A program made the translations under genes and the position numbers. From NCBI RefSeq assembly GCF_009914755.1, contig NC_060948.1: DNA of 64,000 nucleotides. One strand, written 5' to 3'. Below, piece by piece: positions 14,205 through 28,464 of this stretch; within the stretch, counting starts at the first letter, position 1, and each line of letters starts with the position of its first letter. The notes beneath the pieces are model-generated. The model ran no database searches. It saw only the letters and a list, made by a program, of their open reading frames with translations, and had not been told where the DNA came from. The stretch is from the human T2T-CHM13v2.0 reference genome, Homo sapiens.

Positions 14205-17200
14205 TGGAGTGTTATGGAACGGACTCAAAAGGAATTGAATGTAATAGAATGGAGTGGAGTGGACTCGAATATAATGGACTGGAATGGAATGAAATCACAT
14301 GGAATGGGAACGAATGGAATGGAATGGAAAGGAATGGAATCGAATGGAAAGGAATCGAATGGAAGGGAATGAAATTGAATCAACAGGAATGGAAGGGAAT
14401 AGAATAGACGGTAATGGAATGGACTCGAATAGAATGGACACGAATGCTCAAATTGAATGGACTCCAATGGAATGGAAACGAAAGGAATGTCATCGAATAG
14501 AATTGAATCGACTGGAATGAAATCGCAAGAATGGAGTGGAATCAAATGGAATTGAATCGAAAGGAAAGGAAGCGAATGGACTGAAATGAAATGGAATGGA
14601 ATTGAATGGAAAGTAATGCAATGGAATAGAATGGAATGAAATTTCACGGAATGGAAACAAACTGAAAGGAATCAAATCAATGGAATCTAATCAAAAGGAA
14701 TGGAAAGGATTTGAATGGAGTAGATTGGATTGGATGGGATTGGAGTGAAATGTACTGGAAAGGACTCGAATTTCATGAAACGGAATGGAATGAATTGGAA
14801 CGGAATGGACTCGAATGGAATGGAATGTCATGGAATGGCATCAAATGGAATGGCATCAAATGGAATGGAATCGAATGCAATGGAATGCTATGGAATGGAA
14901 TGGAATGCATTGGAATGGAATGTCCTCTAATGGAATGGATTCGAGTGGAATGGAATCGAATATAATGGAATCGAATGAAATGGAATTGAAAGGAATGGGA
15001 TCGAATACAATGGAATATGCTGGAATGTAATGTAATGAACTCGAATGTAATTGACTGGAATGGAATGTACATGAATGGAATGTAATCGAATGGAAAGTAA
15101 TCCAATGGAATAGAATCTAATGCAATAAAATCGACTCAGATAGAGTAGAATGTAATGGAATGGAGTGCAGTACAATGGAATGGAATGGAATGCAATGGAA
15201 TGGAATGGAATGGAATGGAATGGAATGGAATGGAATGGGATGGAATGGGATGGAATGGTATGGAATGGATAGTAATGGACTGGAGTGAAATGGACTGGAA
15301 AGGAATGGACTCAAATTGAAAGGGCTCGAAAGGAATGGAGTCAAATGGAATGGTCTGGAATGGAATGAACACGAATGTAATGCAATCCAATAGAATGGAA
15401 TCGAATGGCATGGAATATAAAGAAATGGAATCGAAGAGAATGGAAACAAATGGAATGGAATTGAATGGAATGGAATTGAATGGAATGGGAACGAATGGAG
15501 TGAAATTGTATGCAGTAGAAGGGAATAGAATGGAATGCAAGCGAAAGGAAAGGAATGGATTGGAATGGAATGGAATTCATTGGAATGGAAGGGAATGTAG
15601 TGTAATGGACAGGCCTGGAATAAAGTGGAATGCTACGGTCTCGAATGGAATAAAAATGTATGGAATGGAATGCAATGAAACGGAATCGAATGTCATAGAA
15701 TGTAATGGAATGCAAAAAAATGGAATCCAAAATCATTGACTGGAAAGGCTGGGTGTCGAAAGGAATTGACTCCAATGGTATGGAATCGAATGGAATGGAA
15801 GTGAATAGAATCGAACTAAATCGAATGGAATGGAATTGATAGGAACGGAATGGAAAGGAATGCAATGAATTGGCATGGAATGGAATCGAATGGCATCGAA
15901 TGGAATGGAATGGAATGCAATGGAATGGAATGTATTAGAATGTAATGAACTTTAATGGAATGTACTCGAATGGATTCGACTGGAATGGAATGTTCTGGAA
16001 GTGAATGGACTCCAATGGAATGGATTCAAAAGGAATGCAATCGTACGGAATGGAATCTAATGGAATGGAATTAAATGGAAATGAATCAAATTGAATAGCA
16101 CGGAATTGAATTGAATGAAATGGAATGCAATGGAATCTAATGAAACGGAAAGGAAAGGAATGGAATGGAATGGAATGGGCTGGAATGGAAAGGAATCGAA
16201 ACGAATGGAATGGAATCGAACTGAAGAGACTGGAATGGAATGCACTGGAATGGAAGGGAGTGTAATGGAAGGTTCTCGAAAAAAATGGAATCGAATGGAA
16301 TGGAATTGAATGGAACGGAATAGAGTCGAATGGAATTGAATGGAATGGAATGGACTAGAGTGAAATGGAATCGAACCACAAGGAATGGACAGGAATAGAA
16401 TGGTCTCGAATTGAATGGAATCGTATGGAATGGCATCAAACGGAATGGAATGGACAGCCACGGAATGGAATGCACTCGAATGCAATGGAGTCGAAACTAA
16501 TGGACTGGAATAGAATGGACTCGACTGGTACGGACTCCAATGGAATGGAATCGAATGGAAGGGAATCGAACGGAATGGACTCGAAGGGAAAAGACTGCAA
16601 TGGAAAGGTCTCGAATGGAATGGAAATTAATGGAATGGAATGGAATCGAATGAAATGGAGTCAAAAGGAATGGAATCGAATGGCAAGAAATCGAATGTAA
16701 TGGAATGGCAAGGAATTGATGTGAACGGAACGGAATGGAATGGAATCCAAAGGAATGGAATAGAATGGAATGGAATCGAATGGAAAGGACTCGAATGGAA
16801 ATCACTCGAATAGAATGCAATTTAATAAAATAGGATCAAATGTAATGGAATGGAATGGAAAGGAATCGAAACGAAAGGAATGGAGACAGATGGAATGGAA
16901 TGGAACAGAGAGCAATGGTATAGAATGGAATGGAATCATCTGGAATGGAATTGAATGGAATGGAATAATATGAAATGGAATGGAATGGAATGGAATGGAA
17001 TGCCCTTGAATTAAATGGACTGGAATGGAATGGACTCGAACAGAGTGGAATGGAAAGTGTTGAGATAGAATGGAATGGACTCCTTTGGAATGGTGTAGTA
17101 TGCAATGCAATCGACTGGCAGGGAATCAAAAGGAATGTAATGGAATGGATTGGACTGGAATGCAATGGACTCGAATAGATTGGAAACGGAATGCAAAGGA

Positions 17201-17772
17201 ATGGAATGGAATAGTATGGAATGGAATGGAAAGGAATGGAGTGGAATAGACTAGAGTGGAATGGAATGGACTGGAAAGCAATGGACTGGAATGGAACTTT
17301 CTTGAATGGACTGGAATCAAACGGAATGGAATGCAATGCAATCAAATGGCATGGAATAAAATAGAATGAAAGAGAATCAAATGGAATTGAATCGAATGGA
17401 ATCGAATGGATTGGAAAGGAATAGAATGGAATGGAATGGAATTGACTCAAATGGAATGGACTAGAATGGAATGGATTCGAATGGAAGGCAAAGGAATGGA
17501 ATCTATTGGAATGGACTGTAATGGAATGGAATGGAAGGGATTGGAATGGACTCGAATGGAATGGACTGCAATAGAAAGGATTCGAATGGAATGAAAAAGA
17601 ATTGAATGGAATAGAACAGAATGGAATCAAATCGAATGAAATGGAATGGAATAGAAAGGAATGGAATGAAATGGAATGGAAAGGATTCGAATGGAATGCA
17701 ATCGAATGGAATGGAATCGAACGGAATGGAATAAAATGGAAGAAAACTGGCAAGAAATGGAATCGAAATGAA
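14205..17772 (+). repeat. DYZ1 unit 5 (3568 bp)
   Basis: Landmark spacing 14204->17772. First ~2 kb shares the variant set of unit 4. Confidence 0.9.
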
Positions 17773-20700
17773 TGGAGTGTTATGGAACGGACTCAAAAGG
17801 AATTGAATGTAATAGAATGGAGTGGAGTGGACTCGAATATAATGGACTGGAATGGAATGAAATCACAAGGAATGGGAACGAATGGAATGGAATGGAAAGG
17901 AATGGAATCGAATGGAAAGGAATCGAATGGAAGGGAATGAAATTGAATCAACAGGAATGGAAGGGAATAGAATAGACGGTAATGGAATGGACTCGAATAG
18001 AATGGACACGAATGCTCAAATTGAATGGACTCGAATGGAATGGAAACGAAAGGAATGTCATCGAATGGAATTGAATGGATTGGAATGAAATCGCATAGAA
18101 TGGAGTGGAATCAAATGGAATTGAATCGAAAGGAAAGGAAGCGAATGGACTGAAATGAAATGGAATGGAATTGAATGGAAAGTAATGCAATGGAATAGAA
18201 TGGAACGAAATTTCACGGAATGGAATCAAACTGAATGGAATCAAATCAATGGAATCAAATCAAATGGAATGGAAAGGAATTGAATGGAGTAGATTGGATT
18301 GGATGGGATTGGAATGAAATGTACTGGAAAGGACTCGAATTTCATGAAACGGAATGGAATGAATTGGAACGGAATGGACTCGAATGGAATGGAATGTCAT
18401 GGAATGGCATCAAATGGAATGGCATCAAATGGAATGGAATCGAATGCAATGGAATGCTATGGAATGGAATGGAATGCATTGGAATGGAATGTCCTCTAAT
18501 GGAATGGATTCGAGTGGAATGGAATCGAATATAATGGAGTCGAATGAAATGGAATTGAAAGGAGTGGGATCGAATACAATGGAATATACTGGAATGTAAT
18601 GTAATGAACTCGAATGTAATTGACTGGAATGGAATGTACATGAATGGAATGTAATCGAATGGAAAGTAATCCAATGGAATAGAATCTAATGCAATAAAAT
18701 CGACTCAGATAGAGTAGAATGCAATGGAATGGAGTGCAGTGCAATGGAATGGAATGGAATGGAATGCAATGGAATGGAATGGAATGGAATGGAATGGAAT
18801 GGAATGGAATGGAATGGAATGGGATGGAATGGGATGGAATGGATAGTAATGGACTGGAGTGAAATGGACTGGAAAGGAATGGACTCAAATTGAAAGGGCT
18901 CGAAAGGAATGGAGTCAAATGGAATGGTCTGGAATGGAATGAACACGAATGTAATGCAATCCAATAGAATGGAATCGAATGGCATGGAATATAAAGAAAT
19001 GGAATCGAAGAGAATGGAAACAAATGGAATGGAATTGAATGGAATGGAATTGAATGGAATGGGAACGAATGGAGTGAAATTGTATGCAGTAGAAGGGAAT
19101 AGAATGGAATGCAAGCGAAAGGAAAGGAATGGATTGGAATGGAATGGAATTCATTGGAATGGAAGGGAATGTAGTGTAATGGACAGGCCTGGAATAAAGT
19201 GGAATGCTACGGTCTCGAATGGAATAAAAATGTATGGAATGGAATGCAATGAAACGGAATCGAATGTCATAGAATGTAATGGAATGCAAAAAAATGGAAT
19301 CCAAAATCATTGACTGGAAAGGCTGGGTGTCGAAAGGAATTGACTCCAATGGTATGGAATCGAATGGAATGGAAGTGAATAGAATCGAACTAAATCGAAT
19401 GGAATGGAATTGATAGGAACGGAATGGAAAGGAATGCAATGAATTGGCATGGAATGGAATCGAATGGCATCGAATGGAATGGAATGGAATGCAATGGAAT
19501 GGAATGTATTAGAATGTAATGAACTTTAATGGAATGTACTCGAATGGATTCGACTGGAATGGAATGTTCTGGAAGTGAATGGACTCCAATGGAATGGATT
19601 CAAAAGGAATGGAATCGTACGGAATGGAATCTAATGGAATGGAATTAAATGGAAATGAATCAAATTGAATAGCACGGAATTGAATTGAATGGAATGGAAT
19701 GCAATGGAATCTAATGAAACGGAAAGGAAAGGAATGGAATGGAATGGAATGGGCTGGAATGGAAAGGAATCGAAACGAATGGAATGGAATCGAACTGAAG
19801 AGACTGGAATGGAATGCACTGGAATGGAAGGGAGTGTAATGGAAGGTTCTCGAAAAAAATGGAATCGAATGGAATGGAATTGAATGGAACGGAATAGAGT
19901 CGAATGGAATTGAATGGAATGGAATGGACTAGAGTGAAATGGAATCGAACCACAAGGAATGGACAGGAATAGAATGGTCTCGAATTGAATGGAATCGTAT
20001 GGAATGGCATCAAACGGAATGGAATGGACAGCCACGGAATGGAATGCACTCGAATGCAATGGAGTCGAAACTAATGGACTGGAATAGAATGGACTCGACT
20101 GGTACGGACTCCAATGGAATGGAATCGAATGGAAGGGAATCGAACGGAATGGACTCGAAGGGAAAAGACTGCAATGGAAAGGTCTCGAATGGAATGGAAA
20201 TTAATGGAATGGAATGGAATCGAATGAAATGGAGTCAAAAGGAATGGAATCGAATGGCAAGAAATCGAATGTAATGGAATGGCAAGGAATTGATGTGAAC
20301 GGAACGGAATGGAATGGAATCCAAAGGAATGGAATAGAATGGAATGGAATCGAATGGAAAGGACTCGAATGGAAATCACTCGAATAGAATGCAATTTAAT
20401 AAAATAGGATCAAATGTAATGGAATGGAATGGAAAGGAATCGAAACGAAAGGAATGGAGACAGATGGAATGGAATGGAACAGAGAGCAATGGTATAGAAT
20501 GGAATGGAATCATCTGGAATGGAATTGAATGGAATGGAATAATATGAAATGGAATGGAATGGAATGGAATGGAATGCCCTTGAATTAAATGGACTGGAAT
20601 GGAATGGACTCGAACAGAGTGGAATGGAAAGTGTTGAGATAGAATGGAATGGACTCCTTTGGAATGGTGTAGTATGCAATGCAATCGACTGGCAGGGAAT

Positions 20701-21346
20701 CAAAAGGAATGTAATGGAATGGATTGGACTGGAATGCAATGGACTCGAATAGATTGGAAACGGAATGCAAAGGAATGGAATGGAATAGTATGGAATGGAA
20801 TGGAAAGGAATGGAGTGGAATAGACTAGAGTGGAATGGAATGGACTGGAAAGCAATGGACTGGAATGGAACTTTCTTGAATGGACTGGAATCAAACGGAA
20901 TGGAATGCAATGCAATCAAATGGCATGGAATAAAATAGAATGAAAGAGAATCAAATGGAATTGAATCGAATGGAATCGAATGGATTGGAAAGGAATAGAA
21001 TGGAATGGAATGGAATTGACTCAAATGGAATGGACTAGAATGGAATGGATTCGAATGGAAGGCAAAGGAATGGAATCTATTGGAATGGACTGTAATGGAA
21101 TGGAATGGAAGGGATTGGAATGGACTCGAATGGAATGGACTGCAATAGAAAGGATTCGAATGGAATGAAAAAGAATTGAATGGAATAGAACAGAATGGAA
21201 TCAAATCGAATGAAATGGAATGGAATAGAAAGGAATGGAATGAAATGGAATGGAAAGGATTCGAATGGAATGCAATCGAATGGAATGGAATCGAACGGAA
21301 TGGAATAAAATGGAAGAAAACTGGCAAGAAATGGAATCGAAATGAA
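17773..21346 (+). repeat. DYZ1 unit 6 (3574 bp)
   Basis: Landmark spacing 17772->21346. Confidence 0.9.
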
Positions 21347-24300
21347 TGGAGTGTTATGGAACGGACTCAAAAGGAATTGAATGTAATAGAATGGAGTGGA
21401 GTGGACTCGAATATAATGGACTGGAATGGAATGAAATCACAAGGAATGGGAACGAATGGAATGGAATGGAAAGGAATGGAATCGAATGGAAAGGAATCGA
21501 ATGGAAGGGAATGAAATTGAATCAACAGGAATGGAAGGGAATAGAATAGACGGTAATGGAATGGACTCGAATAGAATGGACACGAATGCTCAAATTGAAT
21601 GGACTCGAATGGAATGGAAACGAAAGGAATGTCATCGAATGGAATTGAATGGATTGGAATGAAATCGCATAGAATGGAGTGGAATCAAATGGAATTGAAT
21701 TGAAAGGAAAGGAAGCGAATGGACTGAAATGAAATGGAATGGAATTGAATGGAAAGTAATGCAATGGAATAGAATGGAACGAAATTTCACGGAATGGAAT
21801 CAAACTGAATGGAATCAAATCAATGGAATCAAATCAAATGGAATGGAAAGGAATTGAATGGAGTAGATTGGATTGGATGGGATTGGAATGAAATGTACTG
21901 GAAAGGACTCGAATTTCATGAAACGGAATGGAATGAATTGGAACGGAATGGACTCGAATGGAATGGAATGTCATGGAATGGCATCAAATGGAATGGCATC
22001 AAATGGAATGGAATCGAATGCAATGGAATGCTATGGAATGGAATGGAATGCATTGGAATGGAATGTCCTGTAATGGAATGGATTCGACTGGAATGGAATC
22101 GAATATAATGGAGTCGAATGAAATGGAATTGAAAGGAATGGGATCGAATAAAATGGAATATACTGGAATGTAATGTAATGAACTCGAATGTAATTGACTG
22201 GAATGGAATGTACATGAATGGAATGTAATCGAATGGAAAGTAATCCAATGGAATAGAATCTAATGCAATAAAATCGACTCAGATAGAGTAGAATGTAATG
22301 GAATGGAGTGCAGTGCAATGGAATGGAATGGAATGGAATGCAATGGAATGGAATGGAATGGAATGGAATGGAATGGGATGGAATGGGATGGAATGGTATG
22401 GAATGGATAGTAATGGACTGGAGTGAAATGGACTGGAAAGGAATGGACTCAAATTGAAAGGGCTCGAAAGGAATGGAGTCAAATGGAATGGTCTGGAATG
22501 GAATGAACACGAATGTAATGCAATCCAATAGAATGGAATCGAAAGGCATGGAATATAAAGAAATGGAATCGAAGAGAATGGAAACAAATGGAATGGAATT
22601 GAATGGAATGGGAACGAATGGAGTGAAATTGTATGCAGTAGAGGGGAATAGAATGGAATGCAAGCGAAAGGAAAGGAATGGATTGGAATGGAATGGAATT
22701 CATTGGAATGGAAGGGAATGTAGTGTAATGGACAGGCCTGGAATAAAGTGGAATGCTACGGTCTCGAATGGAATAAAAATGTATGGAATGGAATGCAATG
22801 AAACGGAATCGAATGTCATAGAATGTAATGGAATGCAAAAAAATGGAATCCAAAATCATTGACTGGAAAGGCTGGGTGTCGAAAGGAATTGACTCCAATG
22901 GAATGGAATCGAATGGAATGGAAGTGAATAGAATCGAACTAAATCGAATGGAATGGAATTGATAGGAACGGAATGGAAAGGAATGCAATGATTTGGCATG
23001 GAATGGAATCGAATGGCATCGAATGGAATGGAATGGAATGCAATGGAATGGAATGTATTAGAATGTAATGAACTTTAATGGAATGTACTCGAATGGATTC
23101 GACTGGAATGGAATGTTCTGGAAGTGAATGGACTCCAATGGAATGGATTCAAAAGGAATGGAATCGTACGGAATGGAATCTAATGGAATGGAATTAAATG
23201 GAAATGAATCAAATTGAATAGCACGGAATTGAATTGAATGGAATGGAATGCAATGGAATCTAATGAAACGGAAAGGAAAGGAATGGAATGGAATGGAATG
23301 GGCTGGAATGGAAAGGAATCGAAACGAATGGAATGGAATCGAACTGAAGAGACTGGAATGGAATGCACTGGAATGGAAGGGAGTGTAATGGAAGGTTCTC
23401 GAAAAAAATGGAATGGAATGGAATGGAATTGAATGGAACGGAATAGAGTCGAATGGAATTGAATGGAATGGAATGGACTAGAGTGAAATGGAATCGAACC
23501 ACAAGGAATGGACAGGAATAGAATGGTCTCGAATTGAATGGAATCGTATGGAATGGCATCAAACGGAATGGAATGGACAGCCACGGAATGGAATGCACTC
23601 GAATGCAATGGAGTCGAAACTTATGGACTGGAATAGAATGGACTCGACTGGTACGGACTCCAATGGAATGGAATCGAATGGAAGGGAATCGAACGGAATG
23701 GACTCGAAGGGAAAAGACTGCAATGGAAAGGTCTCGAATGGAATGGAAATTAATGGAATGGAATGGAATCGAATGAAATGGAGTCAAAAGGAATGGAATC
23801 GAATGGCAAGAAATCGAATGTAATGGAATCGCAAGGAATTGATGTGAACGGAACGGAATGGAATGGAATCCAAAGGAATGGAATAGAATGGAATGGAATC
23901 GAATGGAAAGGACTCGAATGGAAATCACTCGAATAGAATGCAATTTAATAAAATAGGATCAAATGTAATGGAATGGAATGGAAAGGAATCGAAACGAAAG
24001 GAATGGAGACAGATGGAATGGAATGGAACAGAGAGCAATGGTATAGAATGGAATGGAATCATCTGGAATGGAATTGAATGGAATGGAATAATATGAAATG
24101 GAATGGAATGGAATGGAATGGAATGCCCTTGAATTAAATGGACTGGAATGGAATGGACTCGAACAGAGTGGAATGGAAAGTGTTGAGATAGAATGGAATG
24201 GACTCCTTTGGAATGGTGTAGTATGCAATGCAATCGACTGGCAGGGAATCAAAAGGAATGTAATGGAATGGATTGGACTGGAATGCAATGGACTCGAATA

Positions 24301-24895
24301 GATTGGAAACGGAATGCAAAGGAATGGAATGGAATAGTATGGAATGGAATGGAAAGGAATGGAGTGGAATAGACTAGAGTGGAATGGAATGGACTGGAAA
24401 GCAATGGACTGGAATGGAACTTTCTTGAATGGACTGGAATCAAACGGAATGGAATGCAATGCAATCAAATGGCATGGAATAAAATAGAATGAAAGAGAAT
24501 CAAATGGAATTGAATCGAATGGAATCGAATGGATTGGAAAGGAATAGAATGGAATGGAATGGAATTGACTCAAATGGAATGGACTAGAATGGAATGGATT
24601 CGAATGGAAGGCAAAGGAATGGAATCTATTGGAATGGACTGTAATGGAATGGAATGGAAGGGATTGGAATGGACTCGAATGGAATGGACTGCAATAGAAA
24701 GGATTCGAATGGAATGAAAAAGAATTGAATGGAATAGAACAGAATGGAATCAAATCGAATGAAATGGAATGGAATAGAAAGGAATGGAATGAAATGGAAT
24801 GGAAAGGATTCGAATGGAATGCAATCGAATGGAATGGAATCGAACGGAATGGAATAAAATGGAAGAAAACTGGCAAGAAATGGAATCGAAATGAA
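21347..24895 (+). repeat. DYZ1 unit 7 (3549 bp)
   Basis: Landmark spacing 21346->24895. 15-bp deletion near 22600. Confidence 0.9.
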
Positions 24896-27800
24896 TGGAG
24901 TGTTATGGAACGGACTCAAAAGGAATTGAATGTAATAGAATGGAGTGGAGTGGACTCGAATATAATGGACTGGAATGGAATGAAATCACATGGAATGGGA
25001 ACGAATGGAATGGAATGGAAAGGAATGGAATCGAATGGAAAGGAATCGAATGGAAGGGAATGAAATTGAATCAACAGGAATGGAAGGGAATAGAATTGAC
25101 GGTAATGGAATGGACTCGAATAGAATGGACACGAATGCTGAAATTGAATGGACTCGAATGGAATGGAAACGAAAGGAATGTCATCGAATGGAATTGAATG
25201 GATTGGAATGAAATCGCATAGAATGGAGTGGAATCAAATGGAATTGAATCGAAAGGAAAGGAAGCGAATGGACTGAAATGAAATGGAATGGAATTGAATG
25301 GAAAGTAATGCAATGGAATAGAATGGAACGAAATTTCACGGAATGGAATCAAACTGAATGGAATCAAATCAATGGAATCAAATCAAATGGAATGGAAAGG
25401 AATTGAATGGAGTAGATTGGATTGGATGGGATTGGAATGAAATGTACTGGAAAGGACTCGAATTTCATGAAACGGAATGGAATGAATTGGAACGGAATGG
25501 ACTCGAATGGAATGGAATGTCATGGAATGGCATCAAATGGAATGGCATCAAATGGAATGGAATCGAATGCAATGGAATGCTATGGAATGGAATGGAATGC
25601 ATTGGAATGGAATGTCCTGTAATGGAATGGATTCGAGTGGAATGGAATCGAATATAATGGAGTCGAATGAAATGGAATTGAAAGGAGTGGGATCGAATAC
25701 AATGGAATATACTGGAATGTAATGTAATGAACTCGAATGTAATTGACTGGAATGGAATGTACATGAATGGAAGGTAATCGAATGGAAAGTAATCCAATGG
25801 AATAGAATCTAATGCAATAAAACCGACTCAGATAGAGTAGAATGTAATGGAATGGAGTGCAGTGCAATGGAATGGAATGGAATGGAATGCAATGGAATGG
25901 AATGGAATGGAATGGAATGGAATGGAATGGAATGGAATGGGATGGAATGGGATGGAATGGATAGTAATGGACTGGAGTGAAATGGACTGGAAAGGAATGG
26001 ACTCAAATTGAAAGGGCTCGAAAGGAATGGAGTCAAATGGAATGGTCTGGAATGGAATGAACACGAATGTAATGCAATCCAATAGAATGGAATCGAATGG
26101 CATGGAATATAAAGAAATGGAATCGAAGAGAATGGAAACAAATGGAATGGAATTGAATGGAATGGAATTGAATGGAATGGGAACGAATGGAGTGAAATTG
26201 TATGCAGTAGAAGGGAATAGAATGGAATGCAAGCGAAAGGAAAGGAATGGATTGGAATGGAATGGAATTCATTGGAATGGAAGGGAATGTAGTGTAATGG
26301 ACAGGCCTGGAATAAAGTGGAATGCTACGGTCTCGAATGGAATAAAAATGTATGGAATGGAATGCAATGAAACGGAATCGAATGTCATAGAATGTAATGG
26401 AATGCAAAAAAATGGAATCCAAAATCATTGACTGGAAAGGCTGGGTGTCGAAAGGAATTGACTCCAATGGAATGGAATCGAATGGAATGGAAGTGAATAG
26501 AATCGAACTAAATCGAATGGAATGGAATTGATAGGAACGGAATGGAAAGGAATGCAATGATTTGGCATGGAATGGAATCGAATGGCATCGAATGGAATGG
26601 AATGGAATGCAATGGAATGGAATGTATTAGAATGTAATGAACTTTAATGGAATGTACTCGAATGGATTCGACTGGAATGGAATGTTCTGGAAGTGAATGG
26701 ACTCCAATGGAATGGATTCAAAAGGAATGGAATCGTACGGAATGGAATCTAATGGAATGGAATTAAATGGAAATGAATCAAATTGAATAGCACGGAATTG
26801 AATTGAATGGAATGGAATGCAATGGAATCTAATGAAACGGAAAGGAAAGGAATGGAATGGAATGGAATGGGCTGGAATGGAAAGGAATCGAAACGAATGG
26901 AATGGAATCGAAGTGAAGAGACTGGAATGGAATGCACTGGAATGGAAGGGAGTGTAATGGAAGGTTCTCGAAAAAAATGGAATCGAATGGAATGGAATTG
27001 AATGGAACGGAATAGAGTCGAATGGAATTGAATGGAATGGAATGGACTAGAGTGAAATGGAATCGAACCACAAGGAATGGACAGGAATAGAATGGTCTCG
27101 AATTGAATGGAATCGTATGGAATGGCATCAAACGGAATGGAATGGACAGCCACGGAATGGAATGCACTCGAATGCAATGGAGTCGAAACTAATGGACTGG
27201 AATAGAATGGACTCGACTGGTACGGACTCCAATGGAATGGAATCGAATGGAAGGGAATCGAACGGAATGGACTCGAAGGGAAAAGACTGCAATGGAAAGG
27301 TCTCGAATGGAATGGAAATTAATGGAATGGAATGGAATCGAATGAAATGGAGTCAAAAGGAATGGAATCGAATGGCAAGAAATCGAATGTAATGGAATCG
27401 CAAGGAATTGATGTGAACGGAACGGAATGGAATGGAATCCAAAGGAATGGAATAGAATGGAATGGAATCGAATGGAAAGGACTCGAATGGAAATCACTCG
27501 AATAGAATGCAATTTAATAAAATAGGATCAAATGTAATGGAATGGAATGGAAAGGAATCGAAACAAAAGGACTGGAGACAGATGGAATGGAATGGAACAG
27601 AGAGCAATGGTATAGAATGGAATGGAATCATCTGGAATGGAATTGAATGGAATGGAATAATATGAAATGGAATGGAATGGAATGGAATGGAATGCCCTTG
27701 AATTAAATGGACTGGAATGGAATGGACTCGAACAGAGTGGAATGGAAAGTGTTGAGATAGAATGGAATGGACTCCTTTGGAATGGTGTAGTATGCAATGC

Positions 27801-28464
27801 AATCGACTGGCAGGGAATCAAAAGGAATGTAATCGAATGGATTGGACTGGAATGCAGTGGACTCGAATAGATTGGAAACGGAATGCAAAGGAATGGAATG
27901 GAATAGTATGGAATGGAATGGAAAGGAATGGAGTGGAATAGACTAGAGTGGAATGGAATGGACTGGAAAGCAATGGACTGGAATGGAACTTTCTTGAATG
28001 GACTGGAATCAAACGGAATGGAATGCAATGCAATCAAATGGCATGGAATAAAATAGAATGAAAGAGAATCAAATGGAATTGAATCGAATGGAATCGAATG
28101 GATTGGAAAGGAATAGAATGGAATGGAATGGAATTGACTCAAATGGAATGGACTAGAATGGAATGGATTCGAATGGAAGGCAAAGGAATGGAATCTATTG
28201 GAATGGACTGTAATGGAATGGAATGGAAGGGATTGGAATGGACTCGAATGGAATGGACTGCAATAGAAAGGATTCGAATGGAATGAAAAAGAATTGAATG
28301 GAATAGAACAGAATGGAATCAAATCGAATGAAATGGAATGGAATAGAAAGGAATGGAATGAAATGGAATGGAAAGGATTCGAATGGAATGCAATCGAATG
28401 GAATGGAATCGAACGGAATGGAATAAAATGGAAGAAAACTGGCAAGAAATGGAATAGAAATGAA
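24896..28464 (+). repeat. DYZ1 unit 8 (3569 bp)
   Basis: Landmark spacing 24895->28464. Confidence 0.9.
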
